41,030 nucleotides of DNA from Stramenopiles sp. TOSAG23-2. Lineage: Eukaryota. A model generated the notes under the pieces. The model was not told the DNA's origin and made no database searches. It saw only the letters and a program-made list of their open reading frames with translations. The stretch covers positions 1 through 41,030 of the forward strand of contig LT649304.1 of NCBI GenBank assembly GCA_900128395.1, in the 5' to 3' direction. This document shows, piece after piece, positions 1-10,359 of this stretch (position 1 is the first letter of the stretch; each line of letters begins with the position of its first letter). The position numbers were made by a program, and so were the translations under genes.

Positions 1-88
1 ATCATGATGTGACATCGATGTTTATGGTTAAACGATAAAAATTTTGAATATCTCTGTTTTTAAAATATGAACCGGCTTCGTATATATA

Positions 89-123
89 TATATAATATAT
101 GAGTAAGAGAACATTTTATATAT
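89..123 (-). promoter_or_regulatory. Conserved 3'-flank element, copy 1 (sense ATATATAAAATGTTCTCTTACTCATATATTATATA)
   Basis: Identical over 35 bp to 27100..27134. Its reverse complement matches 9188..9218 at 30/31. It lies downstream of the minus-strand gene ending at 463. Confidence 0.55.
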
Positions 124-204
124 ACAAGAGAAAAACACATATATTTATATGGATGTGTATTATTTTAAGAGTTTATGCACACATGAACACGTATTTATGA
201 TTTA

Positions 205-507
205 TGTATCATATCATATCATACGGCTTCGTAATTTTTTACCACGTTCGTATGCATAATGATATTAATTATGTGGACGTGTGTGCGGAGAGAGTTCTCA
301 AAAACGAAATTTTTACAAACTCCGATTAGTATTTATGCTTGCAATGGAGGAATCTGTATCATATCATATCATACGGCTTCGTAATTTTTTACCACGTTCG
401 TATGCATAATGATATTAATTATGTGAACGTGTGTGCGGAGAGAGTTCTCAAAAACGAAATTTTTACAAACTCCGATTAGTATTTATGCTTGCAATGGAGG
501 AATCTGT
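205..507. repeat. 150-bp tandem duplication covering the stop codon and 3' flank of the IQ gene
   Basis: 205..357 recurs at 355..507 with one substitution (gtggac/gtgaac). Confidence 0.95.
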
Positions 508-2845
508 CATTTGACCCCATTCTCTGATTCTTAATAACGTTGGTTGTTTCCGCACATTCCACCCTCGAAGAATTTTTTGTATCTCAGTTGCAGCATAATC
601 TAATGCCTCTTTCTCTTTTCGCTCTCTTTCATGCTTCTTCATTAATTCTTTTTTCCGCTTTTTATCTTGCATTAATATTTTTTGATCTTCATTTTCTTGT
701 TCTGACAATATATTTGGTGTTACCGGCGTTGTTGGTCTGGATCTACCAGCGGCACTTAATAGCTGACGTAACATTTCTGCATCCTCTTTTCTTTTTTGCG
801 CCTCTTTCAATTTACGTTTTTCTTCTGCATCTCTAAATTCTTTGCGCATTATTCGCTCTGCTTCTTGTTTTTGTATCAATCTTAATGCTGCTCTCTCCAT
901 TTTTTGTATTCGTAATTGTTCTTCACGTTTTAATTTCTTTATATATGCTTTTTTTACTTGCAATTTCCTCCATTTTTCTTCAGTTTGTATTCTTTCTTTG
1001 GCACCAATTTGTTCATATATCATAACTTTTAACTCTTTTTGAAATTTATCATTTCCAGGTAAATAATCATGTACTTCAAACATTTTGTTTTCAAGAACCT
1101 TCCAATTAATATTCAAATGTAATTGTGAAATATTAGCTGCAAAATATCGTTTACAAAGTCGTGGTATTGCAATGCTACTTAATACAGGCATGCGCAATAA
1201 GCAAAGTGTATCGGGCCCATCACTGAAAGGTTTTAATGGGTTTGTTCGCAGTTTCAATTCACTTAATGAAGTAATATTACCAATTGAGGTTAATGCTATA
1301 TTATTTAAATCCATTGCTGGATATGTTCTACAATCTATATGATAGAAACCATGTGTAGTTGGTATAACCAAGACGCAACATTGCTGACGGCCATCGGAAC
1401 AAATACCAATTCTATAATCACCACTATTGAAAGTTACTAAGAAATTTAATTCCGCCGTTGTTGTCGTTTTAGGATCTACATATAAATCAATGACATTGTC
1501 TTCATCAGGCAAGGATTTGATAGTAATATGCAATATTCTATGCCCATGTTTTTCACGATGAATTTCAATAGCATTTCTACTATATAAATGTGTATGTTTA
1601 CACCATTCCGCCCATGCATGGTCTTCATCATCTATTTCGCCATACATGGCTGTGGAGCGTAGCGTATGAATAATGAGCGATGTGTTAGAGAGGATACCAT
1701 TTTTAGGTTTAGAGGAATAGAATTTTACTTACAAGTATGTGCACCATTAAAAGTGAGTTTGCTATCAACTTTATTAGTATCAGTAAATGTTGTGTTAGAG
1801 AGGATACCATTTTTAGGTTTAGAGGAATAGAATTTTACTTACAAGTATGTGCACCATTAAAAGTGAGTTTGCTATCAACTTTATTAGTATCAGTAAATGT
1901 TTCGCTTTCTGTTAATGGCTTTAATGGTGGATCTCGTTTTCGCCTTATTCTCATTGCTTTAACTTTTTTTTCATATTCTACGGAAAACATTTGATGTTCG
2001 CGCATCCACGCACTTTGTGGTGGAGTTTTTAAAATCATTGGTGTTTTCACTCTAAAGCCTTGCTCAACACCAGGCAATGTACGTGGTAAGCGCAACCATG
2101 GAAGTGGTATTTTTGGATCGTATTCTAATTTATAACATCCAGGACAACCACTAAGCCCAAGTCTACCTTCTAATGCATCGCATACAGGACATCGCCTTGC
2201 ATTTAAACTATCTTTTGGCAACTCGACAAATATTTTTGGTTTTTTTTTCTTATAAAATTCTTCATCATCTGAATCCAACGCATCTTCTATTGGATTTTTA
2301 TGTGCTAATTTGCGTAAATACATAGATGGATGGATTGTAGTAACATTACACATTTGTTTAACTTGAAATTTATAATTAGGCATAGCAGGGTGGGCTGTTT
2401 CTACATCTATTATTTTAAATTTTCCTCTGCTATTTTTTTTGTTATGCCATACTACATGTTGGCTTTCATCATACCAATAATAGCATGGATGCACTTTATC
2501 TGCTTCATGTGTTTGACGAAGCTTACTATCATAACCTTTGAACGCTGGATGCTTTGCATAATCATGCTCTAATCGTAATGCTGAAAGAAATTCCACTGGA
2601 TCTTTTACTTTCATTAACATTTCTTCATCTAAATTATTTGCTTTCAACCAATTAGCTCTTGCTTTTTGCATACGTTGTAATTTTAATGCAGCTTCGATTT
2701 TAGCTTTTTCTCTATCACGTGCTCTTTTTCGTTGATTTCTAATAATTTGTTTCATTAGCTCTCGTTTCTTTCGCATCTTCCTTCGCCGCCTTTTTTCCTT
2801 TCGCTTCCTGCGCTTCTCATCGTCGTCTATTTTTTTCGTCTCCAT
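463..2845 (-). CDS. Two-exon coiled-coil protein with C-terminal IQ motif, ~729 aa (exons 2845..1843 and 1649..463)
   Basis: ORFs 1835..2845 and 463..1647 join in frame across a GTAAGT...CACAG intron (ACT T|CC ATG TAT). IQ motif AATEIQKILRGWNVRK. CxxC...CxxC (CPVC..CPGC) in exon 1. Confidence 0.8.
1650..1842 (-). other. Spliceosomal GT-AG intron (193 bp as assembled, 83 bp if the 110-bp duplication is collapsed)
   Basis: Donor GTAAGT at 1842 (repeated at 1732), branch-like CTAAC, acceptor CACAG ending at 1650. Splicing restores the frame. Confidence 0.8.
1681..1900. repeat. 110-bp exact tandem duplication spanning the exon 1/intron boundary
   Basis: 1681..1790 is repeated at 1791..1900. Confidence 0.95.
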
Positions 2846-3368
2846 TGTGTTGTTTTGTTGTCATATGTACAATGTAATTTTTGTATTTTGTATATATTGT
2901 TGTTGTTGAATTATAAGCAATGTAGATGTATATATATGCCAGTAGTATATGTGTGTTTTTTCACTCTATACATATAACTTTTTCATTATTAATAACGATT
3001 TTTGTCAAATGCGCATTATTAGAGTACATGGAATTAGACTACTGTTTTTGCATAATATTTATCAATTAACTTGTAAAAAAATGATAAGTGCATAAGGTAT
3101 TTTTATTATTTTAACTATCCGTCTGCTGATAGTCTGCGTCGTCAGACTTACACGGTGCCCTCGTCTATTTCGTGCACTTCACTCTTGAGGAGCGAAGCGA
3201 CGAATATTATAGTACGTCAGACTCTTTCGAGATGCGTCGTCAGACTCTTTCGTATCCGGATGTGTGTGCGCACATGCATCATCACACATATATACATTAT
3301 CAAAAAAGGTTATATAGACATTGGAACATCAACAAACATCGAAAACATATGTAACCGAGGGACGAAAT

Positions 3369-3629
3369 ATGACAAAAGTCGTAAAATTGTATGATTTATC
3401 ATTTGCACCAAATCCAAAAAGGTTGCGACTTTACTGTATTGAACGTGATATTTTGAAAGAATTTGATTTAGAGGATGTTTTAGCAAAGAAAGGCCAAAAA
3501 GGGTTATTGTCTGATGAGTTTGTGGATAAATATCCTAGGGGATGTGTCCCTGCAATGGAATTGGAAGATGGTACTATTATTGGGGATGGTGCTGTGTGCA
3601 TGCGTTATTTGATAGGTACTTTTATTTAA
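3369..3629 (+). pseudogene. Glutathione S-transferase N-terminal (thioredoxin-fold) domain only, GTT2-like; truncated
   Basis: KLYDLSFAPNPKRLRLY...YPRGCVPAMELEDGTIIGDGAVCMRYL matches the GST-N pattern. No C-terminal helical domain is visible before the next gene. Confidence 0.75.
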
Positions 3630-3976
3630 GTATACCAATTTCCATACTCCAGAATATTATTTTGTGAAATTCACATTTCACATTTTTATTATTTATTATT
3701 ATTTTATACCGTCCGGAATTTTTTTACAGTAGGAAATAGTGTGGGGGGAATTGGCAAAAAAAAAAAAGATAAACAACAACAGCATATATATTATTGCAAC
3801 CCTATTATTGCACTATTATTATTTATATTATTGATAACAATACAGAATAGCAATACATGATACAGAATATATATATATATATATTTACACAATAATTGAT
3901 CTATTTTTTATTATTTTGTTTCGTTGTTGTAGCCATATTATTATTATTATTATTATTATTGTATATAAATATCAAG

Positions 3977-6900
3977 ATGTCTCCTTCACGCCGTTTTGGG
4001 TTGTTTTCTGTATGTATTTTATTTGTAGTATGTTTGTTCATTATAAATATAAATGCTATGGACGAACTGTCACCTATAAGTTTCCAAAATGCTTTAGTAA
4101 CTACAGATAATGCAAATAGTAATATTGGAGGAGGATGTGCTTGTAAAGCATCTGTACAACAAATGCTTCGTGCAAATAACAATAATAATGGAGGATTTAC
4201 ATCTAGTTGGAATCAAATGAATGACATGTTAAAACAACCTGTTGGGGAAGTTGACTTCGCTAGTTTGCTGGAAGTTGCATGCGATGGGGTATGCAAGCAA
4301 ATGAAGAATTTCTTGGCTAAGTCGATACCAGGAGAATGCCAGGATTTCGTTGATAACATTGCTGGCCTTATCGACAAATTCGACTTTGCGGAGGTGAAAA
4401 CTGTCGCTGAAAACGTAAAAAAGTGTCTTGATGGAATTGCTGGTGGAAATAGTGATAGTTCAGGCAAGGCGAGTGCAGACACTAGTGAAAGTGAAAGTAC
4501 CGAGGAAACGAAAAAAACAGGTACTGCTGGCGCCACCAAGGAAGCTACGGAATTGATAGACAAAATTATTAAGATTGCAAATGATTGCAACGGTATAGCA
4601 GTTGTTGTTAAAAAGTTTCTTTCTGACGAAGCTAACAAGGATCCTCCAACGGATGACACTTTATTCATAGATAAGATTAAAAATACGATTGAGGAAGCAC
4701 AGAGTGTTCTTAACAACCTAAATAAGTGCATTGAATCAATTAAACCTGTCCAGGCACTAAAGCAACTCAATGAAAAATTGGAAACTGTTTCTAAGGTAGT
4801 AACAAAATGCGAGCCAATTGTCACAATTATTAGTGACATTACTAATGCAGACATAGATTTTGATAAACTTTTTAATTCAGCAGATACTACGAGCAATTGT
4901 TTAAGTGCAGTACCAACAAGTGCAAGTGGCCCATTGAAAAAAGTAAAAAAACTAAAACCCTATTTAGTAGCAATAAATACGCTTCTCACAGGCTGCAAAG
5001 ATATTGCTAAAACCATTGGAAGTTTATTTAGCGGTGATGAGAATATTGATTTTAAAAGTCTCTTCGAATCAGGCGACAAGATTACAAATTGTGCCAATGG
5101 AATACCTAATGATGACGGGGAAAATAAATTATTTAAAAAACTAAAAACAGTGAAAACCGCGTTAACTAATGTCGGAAACGCTGCTGTGAAGTGCCAAGGC
5201 ATTGCTGCAATTGTTTTTAATTTGTTTAGTGGTAATGAGGATATTAATTTTCCAAAGCTCTTCGGATCAGGCACAGAGATTAAAACTTGTGCTGATGGAA
5301 TACCTACAGGTGACGGTGAAAGTAAATTATTAAAAAAACTAGAAACAGTGAAAACCACATTAACTAAAGTCGGAACAGTTGCTGAGAAGTGCAAAGCCAT
5401 TGCTGAAATTGTTTTTAATTTGTTTGAAGATACAGCGGGAAAAAAGGAAGATGGTGATGGTGCTAAAAAGGATGACGAGGATGGTCTACTTCAAAAACTC
5501 ATAAATTTCGTGGAAAAAATAGGAACAACAAAAGACGCGGCAACGGAATGTATAAAGGCATTTACAACTCCAAATACAGACGATCCGGAAACTTCAACAG
5601 CAGCAAACTCAAAAACAGATAAATTAGAGCAATTTAAAACACAATTAGAAGATTTAGAAAGAATAATAGAAAAATGCGAAAAACCTTTTGAGAGTATTAA
5701 AGAAATATTTACAATGGACAATCTCAATATTAAAACACTTCTTGAACAGATTCAAACATCGTTGATAGATACCAAGGGTTGTGTTGGGGAAATAGGAAAT
5801 AGCAAGAATGAAAAATTAAAGGAGAAAATGAGTAAGATTGTTATTTTTTTAAAAAGAATTACCGTAGTAGTAGATAAATGCAAAGATATTGCAACATTGT
5901 TTTCCAATGACAATGCCCAAACTTCAATAGTCAGTACAATTGTAAAATCATCTAAGACAATTACGAAGTGTGTCAGGTCGATAACATTTAAAAAATTAAT
6001 ACCTCTACAGGCAATTTTAACAAGGGTAGACCAGGTTATACAAGATTGCACAAAGATTATGACAAAAGTTGAAAGTTTGTTTGGTTCAACCGGGCAAAGT
6101 CCGACAAAAGTAGGTCAAAGGTTCATTCAAATATATGCTCATGAACATGTTTCCAAAGACAATATCTTTAGTGATATCAAACAAACTATAACGGATATTG
6201 AGACGTGTAGTACAGCCATACGTCAAACGAGTAAGGATGATAGCACTGCTGGTGTTAATACCTTTTTTAAAAAAATGAATGATGCTGTAGAAAAAGTAAA
6301 CGATGTTTTTAAGGCATGCAAGGATATTTTCAACATTTTTAATGGTGGCCAACCAGAAAGCACTTCATTTCTACAATTACAAAATGAGATAGCAGTTGAA
6401 GAAAAAGCTTTAGTATTATCAACATCAAGGCGACAACAACAAAATATCCATAATGGTAATATAATTACTACAATATTTAGTCCAATGGCAGCAAAGGCCA
6501 TTAAAAAATGTAACAAAGCACTACCAGAAAAATGGGGAAAATTAAAACAAAATATCGATGCTGTTGCTGATATTGTTCAAAAATGCAATACAGATGAACG
6601 TTTTGATGATTTTGAATTTAAAGCTGAGGGGTTTCAAGAAAGTGTTAAAACTGTAGTATCATATGTAAAAGTCTGTTCAGGGGCTATAAAAAGTAACATT
6701 GATAAAATCACCATACTACCAGAGAAACTAACAGGAACAATAAAAACACTTAGTAAACCTATTGAAGACATTTCTAAATCAATTGAAAAATGCCAGACAA
6801 TGATAGGAAAGGATACACTAGATGCAGTTGCGATCGTCAAAAAGGCAGTACCCTGTTTAAAAGGGGTTTTGGATATAACTAATAAGTTAATAAAAAAAGA

Positions 6901-9142
6901 AGATTTACCAAAACCATTAAAAAATATTATAGAGGCTTTGAAAAAGATAGGAAGCATAATGAATCAATTAAAAGGTACCTCAATAGCTGCTTGCGCTAGT
7001 GTGTACGGTGGATCCGTGGATGCAGTAGAAAAATTTAAGGAAATTTCGGATACAGATTTGGATCAGGGTCTTGATCTATCAATAGTCAAAATTATTGATC
7101 AAAGTAAAGATGCAATGAGAGTGACAGAAGAATTATTAAAGAATGCTGAAACTTGTTTTGATGCTCTAAAAAAAAAATTACCAAAAGACAAAGCTAATAA
7201 AATTATCGATAAGGCCATTAAGAAATATAAAGAGAGCCCACGACTTAAGAATATCAGAGATAAAGTAAAGAAATTTGTGGAAAAATTAACCATGCTTGCA
7301 AAAAAGTTCAGTGGCATTCTAAAAAAAATACCCATTGTAAAAACTTTGGCAAACATAGCAGAAGTATATAATGTGTTTAAAACCTCATCTGTAAAATATT
7401 TTAAAGATAAAGAATGTCCTTGCGAAGACCATCTACGGAAAGAGCTCCCAGGTTGTAAATCGGGGGCTGAAGCAGAAGATGAAGAAAGTCACAAGAAAAT
7501 AAAAGTGCCAGTACTTGAAACTAATGAGGAATGTGTAGCTAGACAAGTTAATACTTTTATAAAGTCACGGACTACTGGTCTTCTTGATGAATTGCTTGAT
7601 ATTGGGTTTAAATTTATTTGTACAGCAGCAGTAACAGCAGCATCTGCTGGTAGTGGTGCCGCAGTAGCGTTTGTAACCTGTGAAGCTGGGGCCGTAATGG
7701 TAAACAATTGGTATGCAGCCTATATGTCAGAGAAGCCAGGCAATGAAAAAATGACAAAAATTTTGTCACTCACAAGACAGTTTTTGGCTCATACGGTAGG
7801 AAAAGTTTTTACTAAAGATGTAGTAGATAATTCGTTAAAGGCTCAACGCCAAAGGATGTGGGATAGTAAACGAAAACATGAATATGGTGCATGTTTATGT
7901 GCTCCAAAAGATGGAAATTCAGACCAGGAACCCGAACAGGAAACAAATAATAATGCATATAATTACATTTCAAACCCAGATTTATTTGGATGCCCTGCAC
8001 TTTACAAAGTGGATGCTACATCCGAAGCGGATGTGGAGACACTAAAAGATTATATGATCGAAGCAGGTCAAGATGCCGATAAGGGATGTCGTATACTTAC
8101 TGATGTAGATAGTTTACTCACTAACAAAGAAGATTATAATGGAGAGCAAATGGAGAAATCTAAAGTTGAAGACCTTCGAAAGAAATACAAAAAAATAAGT
8201 GAAATACTAGACAAATATGAGTGTAGACAGAATTGTGTTGAAGAAAATTATTTAGAACTTGAAAAAAAAAGTACTAAAAGCCAAACACATGAAAAACAAG
8301 TTGAAAATGATAAAAAACGTGTTGCAACGCAAAACGACATTGCAAAATTACGAACCGAGTTGTTCGATGGACCATGGGGATGTAAATCTAAAGAAAATAC
8401 ATATATCTGTGGATATGATTTAAGTGATCAAGGTTGCAACAAAAATTGTCGATACTATGGCGAGATTAATAAAAAACTAGCTCAGTTAACAAAAGAAGAG
8501 CCTGATCCGCACAAGGAAGGTGAACTTGAAAGAACCTGCGGCCCGAGTGCCAACGGCCCTTGCACGAAGGCATTTAGTGAAGCTACGCCAGATGAAGTAA
8601 AAAATTCCAAATCGTCATATCGTTGCGACATAAAAAATAGACTTTATAATATAAAATCTTGTGAAAAAGCACAGCGAAGTATCAAATCTCCTGTGGGGTC
8701 ATGTGTAAAACTGTGCTATTGGATGAATAAAAACTACAACAAAAGGACAACAATAAAAGAAAAAGCAAGAAAGGAAAAGGAAGCTGAAGCCGCAGAGGAG
8801 AAGCGAAACCGAGTTGAACAAGCTAAAAAGCTTAGAGAGGATTATTGTGACAATTCTGAAAATCAAGCTGAAATTAAAGAAATTGAAGGTAGTTTTTTTA
8901 CATCGGCTTCAAAAGAAGATTGCGAAGAACTGGTTCAAAAAATTATAACGCGCAAGAAAGAGTTGAAGAAAGCTCAGGAAAAAGAACAAAGGCTAACGTT
9001 AGAACAGGTAGAAGCGAACAATCGCAAGTGGTGTATAAGGGATGATGATTCAGTTCGTATCGAACAACCGGGGTGCAAAAAATATGCTGACGAGAATGGG
9101 AAGGCCTTGCCGGCTCCACCAGCTACGAGGCGGTCCACGTAG
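3977..9142 (+). CDS. Large secreted Cys-patterned helical repeat protein (~1721 aa), unknown function
   Basis: First ATG at 3977 (the ORF-track start at 3896 is TTG). Signal peptide MSPSRRFGLFSVCILFVVCLFIININA. Many amphipathic helices with regularly spaced Cys, and a Cys-rich C-terminus. Confidence 0.85.
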   Translation: MSPSRRFGLFSVCILFVVCLFIININAMDELSPISFQNALVTTDNANSNIGGGCACKASVQQMLRANNNNNGGFTSSWNQMNDMLKQPVGEVDFASLLEVACDGVCKQMKNFLAKSIPGECQDFVDNIAGLIDKFDFAEVKTVAENVKKCLDGIAGGNSDSSGKASADTSESESTEETKKTGTAGATKEATELIDKIIKIANDCNGIAVVVKKFLSDEANKDPPTDDTLFIDKIKNTIEEAQSVLNNLNKCIESIKPVQALKQLNEKLETVSKVVTKCEPIVTIISDITNADIDFDKLFNSADTTSNCLSAVPTSASGPLKKVKKLKPYLVAINTLLTGCKDIAKTIGSLFSGDENIDFKSLFESGDKITNCANGIPNDDGENKLFKKLKTVKTALTNVGNAAVKCQGIAAIVFNLFSGNEDINFPKLFGSGTEIKTCADGIPTGDGESKLLKKLETVKTTLTKVGTVAEKCKAIAEIVFNLFEDTAGKKEDGDGAKKDDEDGLLQKLINFVEKIGTTKDAATECIKAFTTPNTDDPETSTAANSKTDKLEQFKTQLEDLERIIEKCEKPFESIKEIFTMDNLNIKTLLEQIQTSLIDTKGCVGEIGNSKNEKLKEKMSKIVIFLKRITVVVDKCKDIATLFSNDNAQTSIVSTIVKSSKTITKCVRSITFKKLIPLQAILTRVDQVIQDCTKIMTKVESLFGSTGQSPTKVGQRFIQIYAHEHVSKDNIFSDIKQTITDIETCSTAIRQTSKDDSTAGVNTFFKKMNDAVEKVNDVFKACKDIFNIFNGGQPESTSFLQLQNEIAVEEKALVLSTSRRQQQNIHNGNIITTIFSPMAAKAIKKCNKALPEKWGKLKQNIDAVADIVQKCNTDERFDDFEFKAEGFQESVKTVVSYVKVCSGAIKSNIDKITILPEKLTGTIKTLSKPIEDISKSIEKCQTMIGKDTLDAVAIVKKAVPCLKGVLDITNKLIKKEDLPKPLKNIIEALKKIGSIMNQLKGTSIAACASVYGGSVDAVEKFKEISDTDLDQGLDLSIVKIIDQSKDAMRVTEELLKNAETCFDALKKKLPKDKANKIIDKAIKKYKESPRLKNIRDKVKKFVEKLTMLAKKFSGILKKIPIVKTLANIAEVYNVFKTSSVKYFKDKECPCEDHLRKELPGCKSGAEAEDEESHKKIKVPVLETNEECVARQVNTFIKSRTTGLLDELLDIGFKFICTAAVTAASAGSGAAVAFVTCEAGAVMVNNWYAAYMSEKPGNEKMTKILSLTRQFLAHTVGKVFTKDVVDNSLKAQRQRMWDSKRKHEYGACLCAPKDGNSDQEPEQETNNNAYNYISNPDLFGCPALYKVDATSEADVETLKDYMIEAGQDADKGCRILTDVDSLLTNKEDYNGEQMEKSKVEDLRKKYKKISEILDKYECRQNCVEENYLELEKKSTKSQTHEKQVENDKKRVATQNDIAKLRTELFDGPWGCKSKENTYICGYDLSDQGCNKNCRYYGEINKKLAQLTKEEPDPHKEGELERTCGPSANGPCTKAFSEATPDEVKNSKSSYRCDIKNRLYNIKSCEKAQRSIKSPVGSCVKLCYWMNKNYNKRTTIKEKARKEKEAEAAEEKRNRVEQAKKLREDYCDNSENQAEIKEIEGSFFTSASKEDCEELVQKIITRKKELKKAQEKEQRLTLEQVEANNRKWCIRDDDSVRIEQPGCKKYADENGKALPAPPATRRST
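4994..5426 (+). repeat. Intragenic 198-bp (66-aa) diverged tandem repeat, ~2.2 units
   Basis: Cys codons at 4994, 5192 and 5390 start the units CKDIAK / CQGIAA / CKAIAE. Shared LFSG-E-I-F...C-A-GIP--DGE-KL-KKL-TVKT. Confidence 0.85.
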
Positions 9143-9187
9143 TAAATAATTTTTAGTGTTGTCGATTTCTATTAATCTAGATATATA

Positions 9188-9218
9188 ATATAAAATTTTC
9201 TCTTACTCATATATTATA
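9188..9218 (+). promoter_or_regulatory. Conserved 3'-flank element, copy 2
   Basis: ATATAAAATTTTCTCTTACTCATATATTATA, ~45 nt after the stop at 9142, in sense orientation. Confidence 0.55.
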
Positions 9219-9515
9219 CGTATCATATATATAAATTTCTATTATCTATATACGAGTATGATATATCTTATGTAAAAATAAAATTGTTTTTAGTTAGATA
9301 GCGTGTAGATATATATATGTTATTTGTTTCCCATTCAGTTATTCGGTTCCGATTTCTATGAAAAAATTATATTTTCCACATATACTGAATTTAAATAGAC
9401 ATAAAATACATTTTACACTACTATAGATAAGGCACACAACAAAGTGTATCACACATCTCTCCCTGGATACGATTTGACAATATTTGACATTTTTGTGGCC
9501 GATTTGACAATTTGA

Positions 9516-9956
9516 TTACATCTTCATATAACGCACTTCCTCTTCTAATATCGGCTGTAAATTCTTTCTGAGTGTACTACGAACTTCATCTGCCGCCTCT
9601 TCGTTTTCATCTGTTAATGTACCACGATCGTATATATTTGGTATTGCATATAATGCAGCAGCTAACCATAAACAAATTCTATAATCACGTACTAAATCAT
9701 CAAATGTATATTGTTCTAAATTAGCACCTGCTGCATCCAGTTCACAATAATAGTGTTGTAACACTTTAATTTCATTTTCTTGTCTTGTTTTTGCTGACAT
9801 TCCAGTACCTAATAAATATGCAACATCAAATACACCTTTACCTTGCATAATTCCACCCCAATCAATGATGCTACAACGTGCATTACGATCCATATTACCC
9901 TTCGGGAACATAACATTTGCACTTCTTAAATCACCATGTACAATCGTAGTTGGTTT
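9516..9956 (-). pseudogene. C-terminal half of an APH/choline/ecdysteroid-kinase-like phosphotransferase, 5'-truncated
   Basis: Reading upstream of the listed ORF gives KPTTIVHGDLRSANVMF (HGDxxxxN catalytic loop), followed by IIDWG and GVFDVAYLL. The frame is lost at a 22-bp duplication (9935..9956 / 9958..9979). Confidence 0.8.
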
Positions 9957-10011
9957 TCATGTACAATCGTAGTTGGTTTGATGGTATGTTATCAGTGGTT
10001 GAAAGCTTTAG

Positions 10012-10350
10012 GAACTCAAAGAATTCACCAATAAATCCAAATTAAATGCAACTCAAAAAATTGCAACAGATAGTGAGATGGATAAACAAATCAAGCAAGA
10101 CGAAATTAATAAAGAACGTGAATTATTAAATAAATCAAATCGTTTAATAAACGATATCGATGCTGCAATACCAACACAAAAAAATTTGACTGATATCGCA
10201 CGAAGAGGCGTGGAAAATGTGGAAAATAGGGCCCCAGAAGCTTTGAATCAAACCAGAGTTATAGCTCCAGACCTTGATGCTGGTAGAGGTAGTCGTAATA
10301 GTGTAAGAGAAATTCCTCGTTCAGCGCAAAGGCCAGTACGTCGTTTGTAA
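10012..10350 (+). other. Orphan coding-like fragment (3' end of an unknown gene)
   Basis: Open frame from 10012 to TAA at 10350 with coding-like composition, between two junctions. No recognisable domain. Confidence 0.3.
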
Positions 10351-10359
10351 AAGCGAGAG

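Noticed and set aside
205-507. CRISPR-like or satellite array
   Set aside because: Only two adjacent copies with no spacers, and a eukaryotic context without cas genes.
3896-3976. Extra hydrophobic N-terminus from the TTG start
   Set aside because: A translated (TTA)n tract in the 5' flank; the ATG at 3977 gives a normal signal peptide.
4213-8000. Series of minus-strand ORFs opposite the giant protein
   Set aside because: Antisense shadows of a codon-biased gene; F/L/S-rich with no domain features.
9516-9956. Kinase fragment as the 5hmU-DNA kinase partner
   Set aside because: It is an APH/choline-kinase-like fold rather than a P-loop kinase, is 13 kb away, and is truncated.
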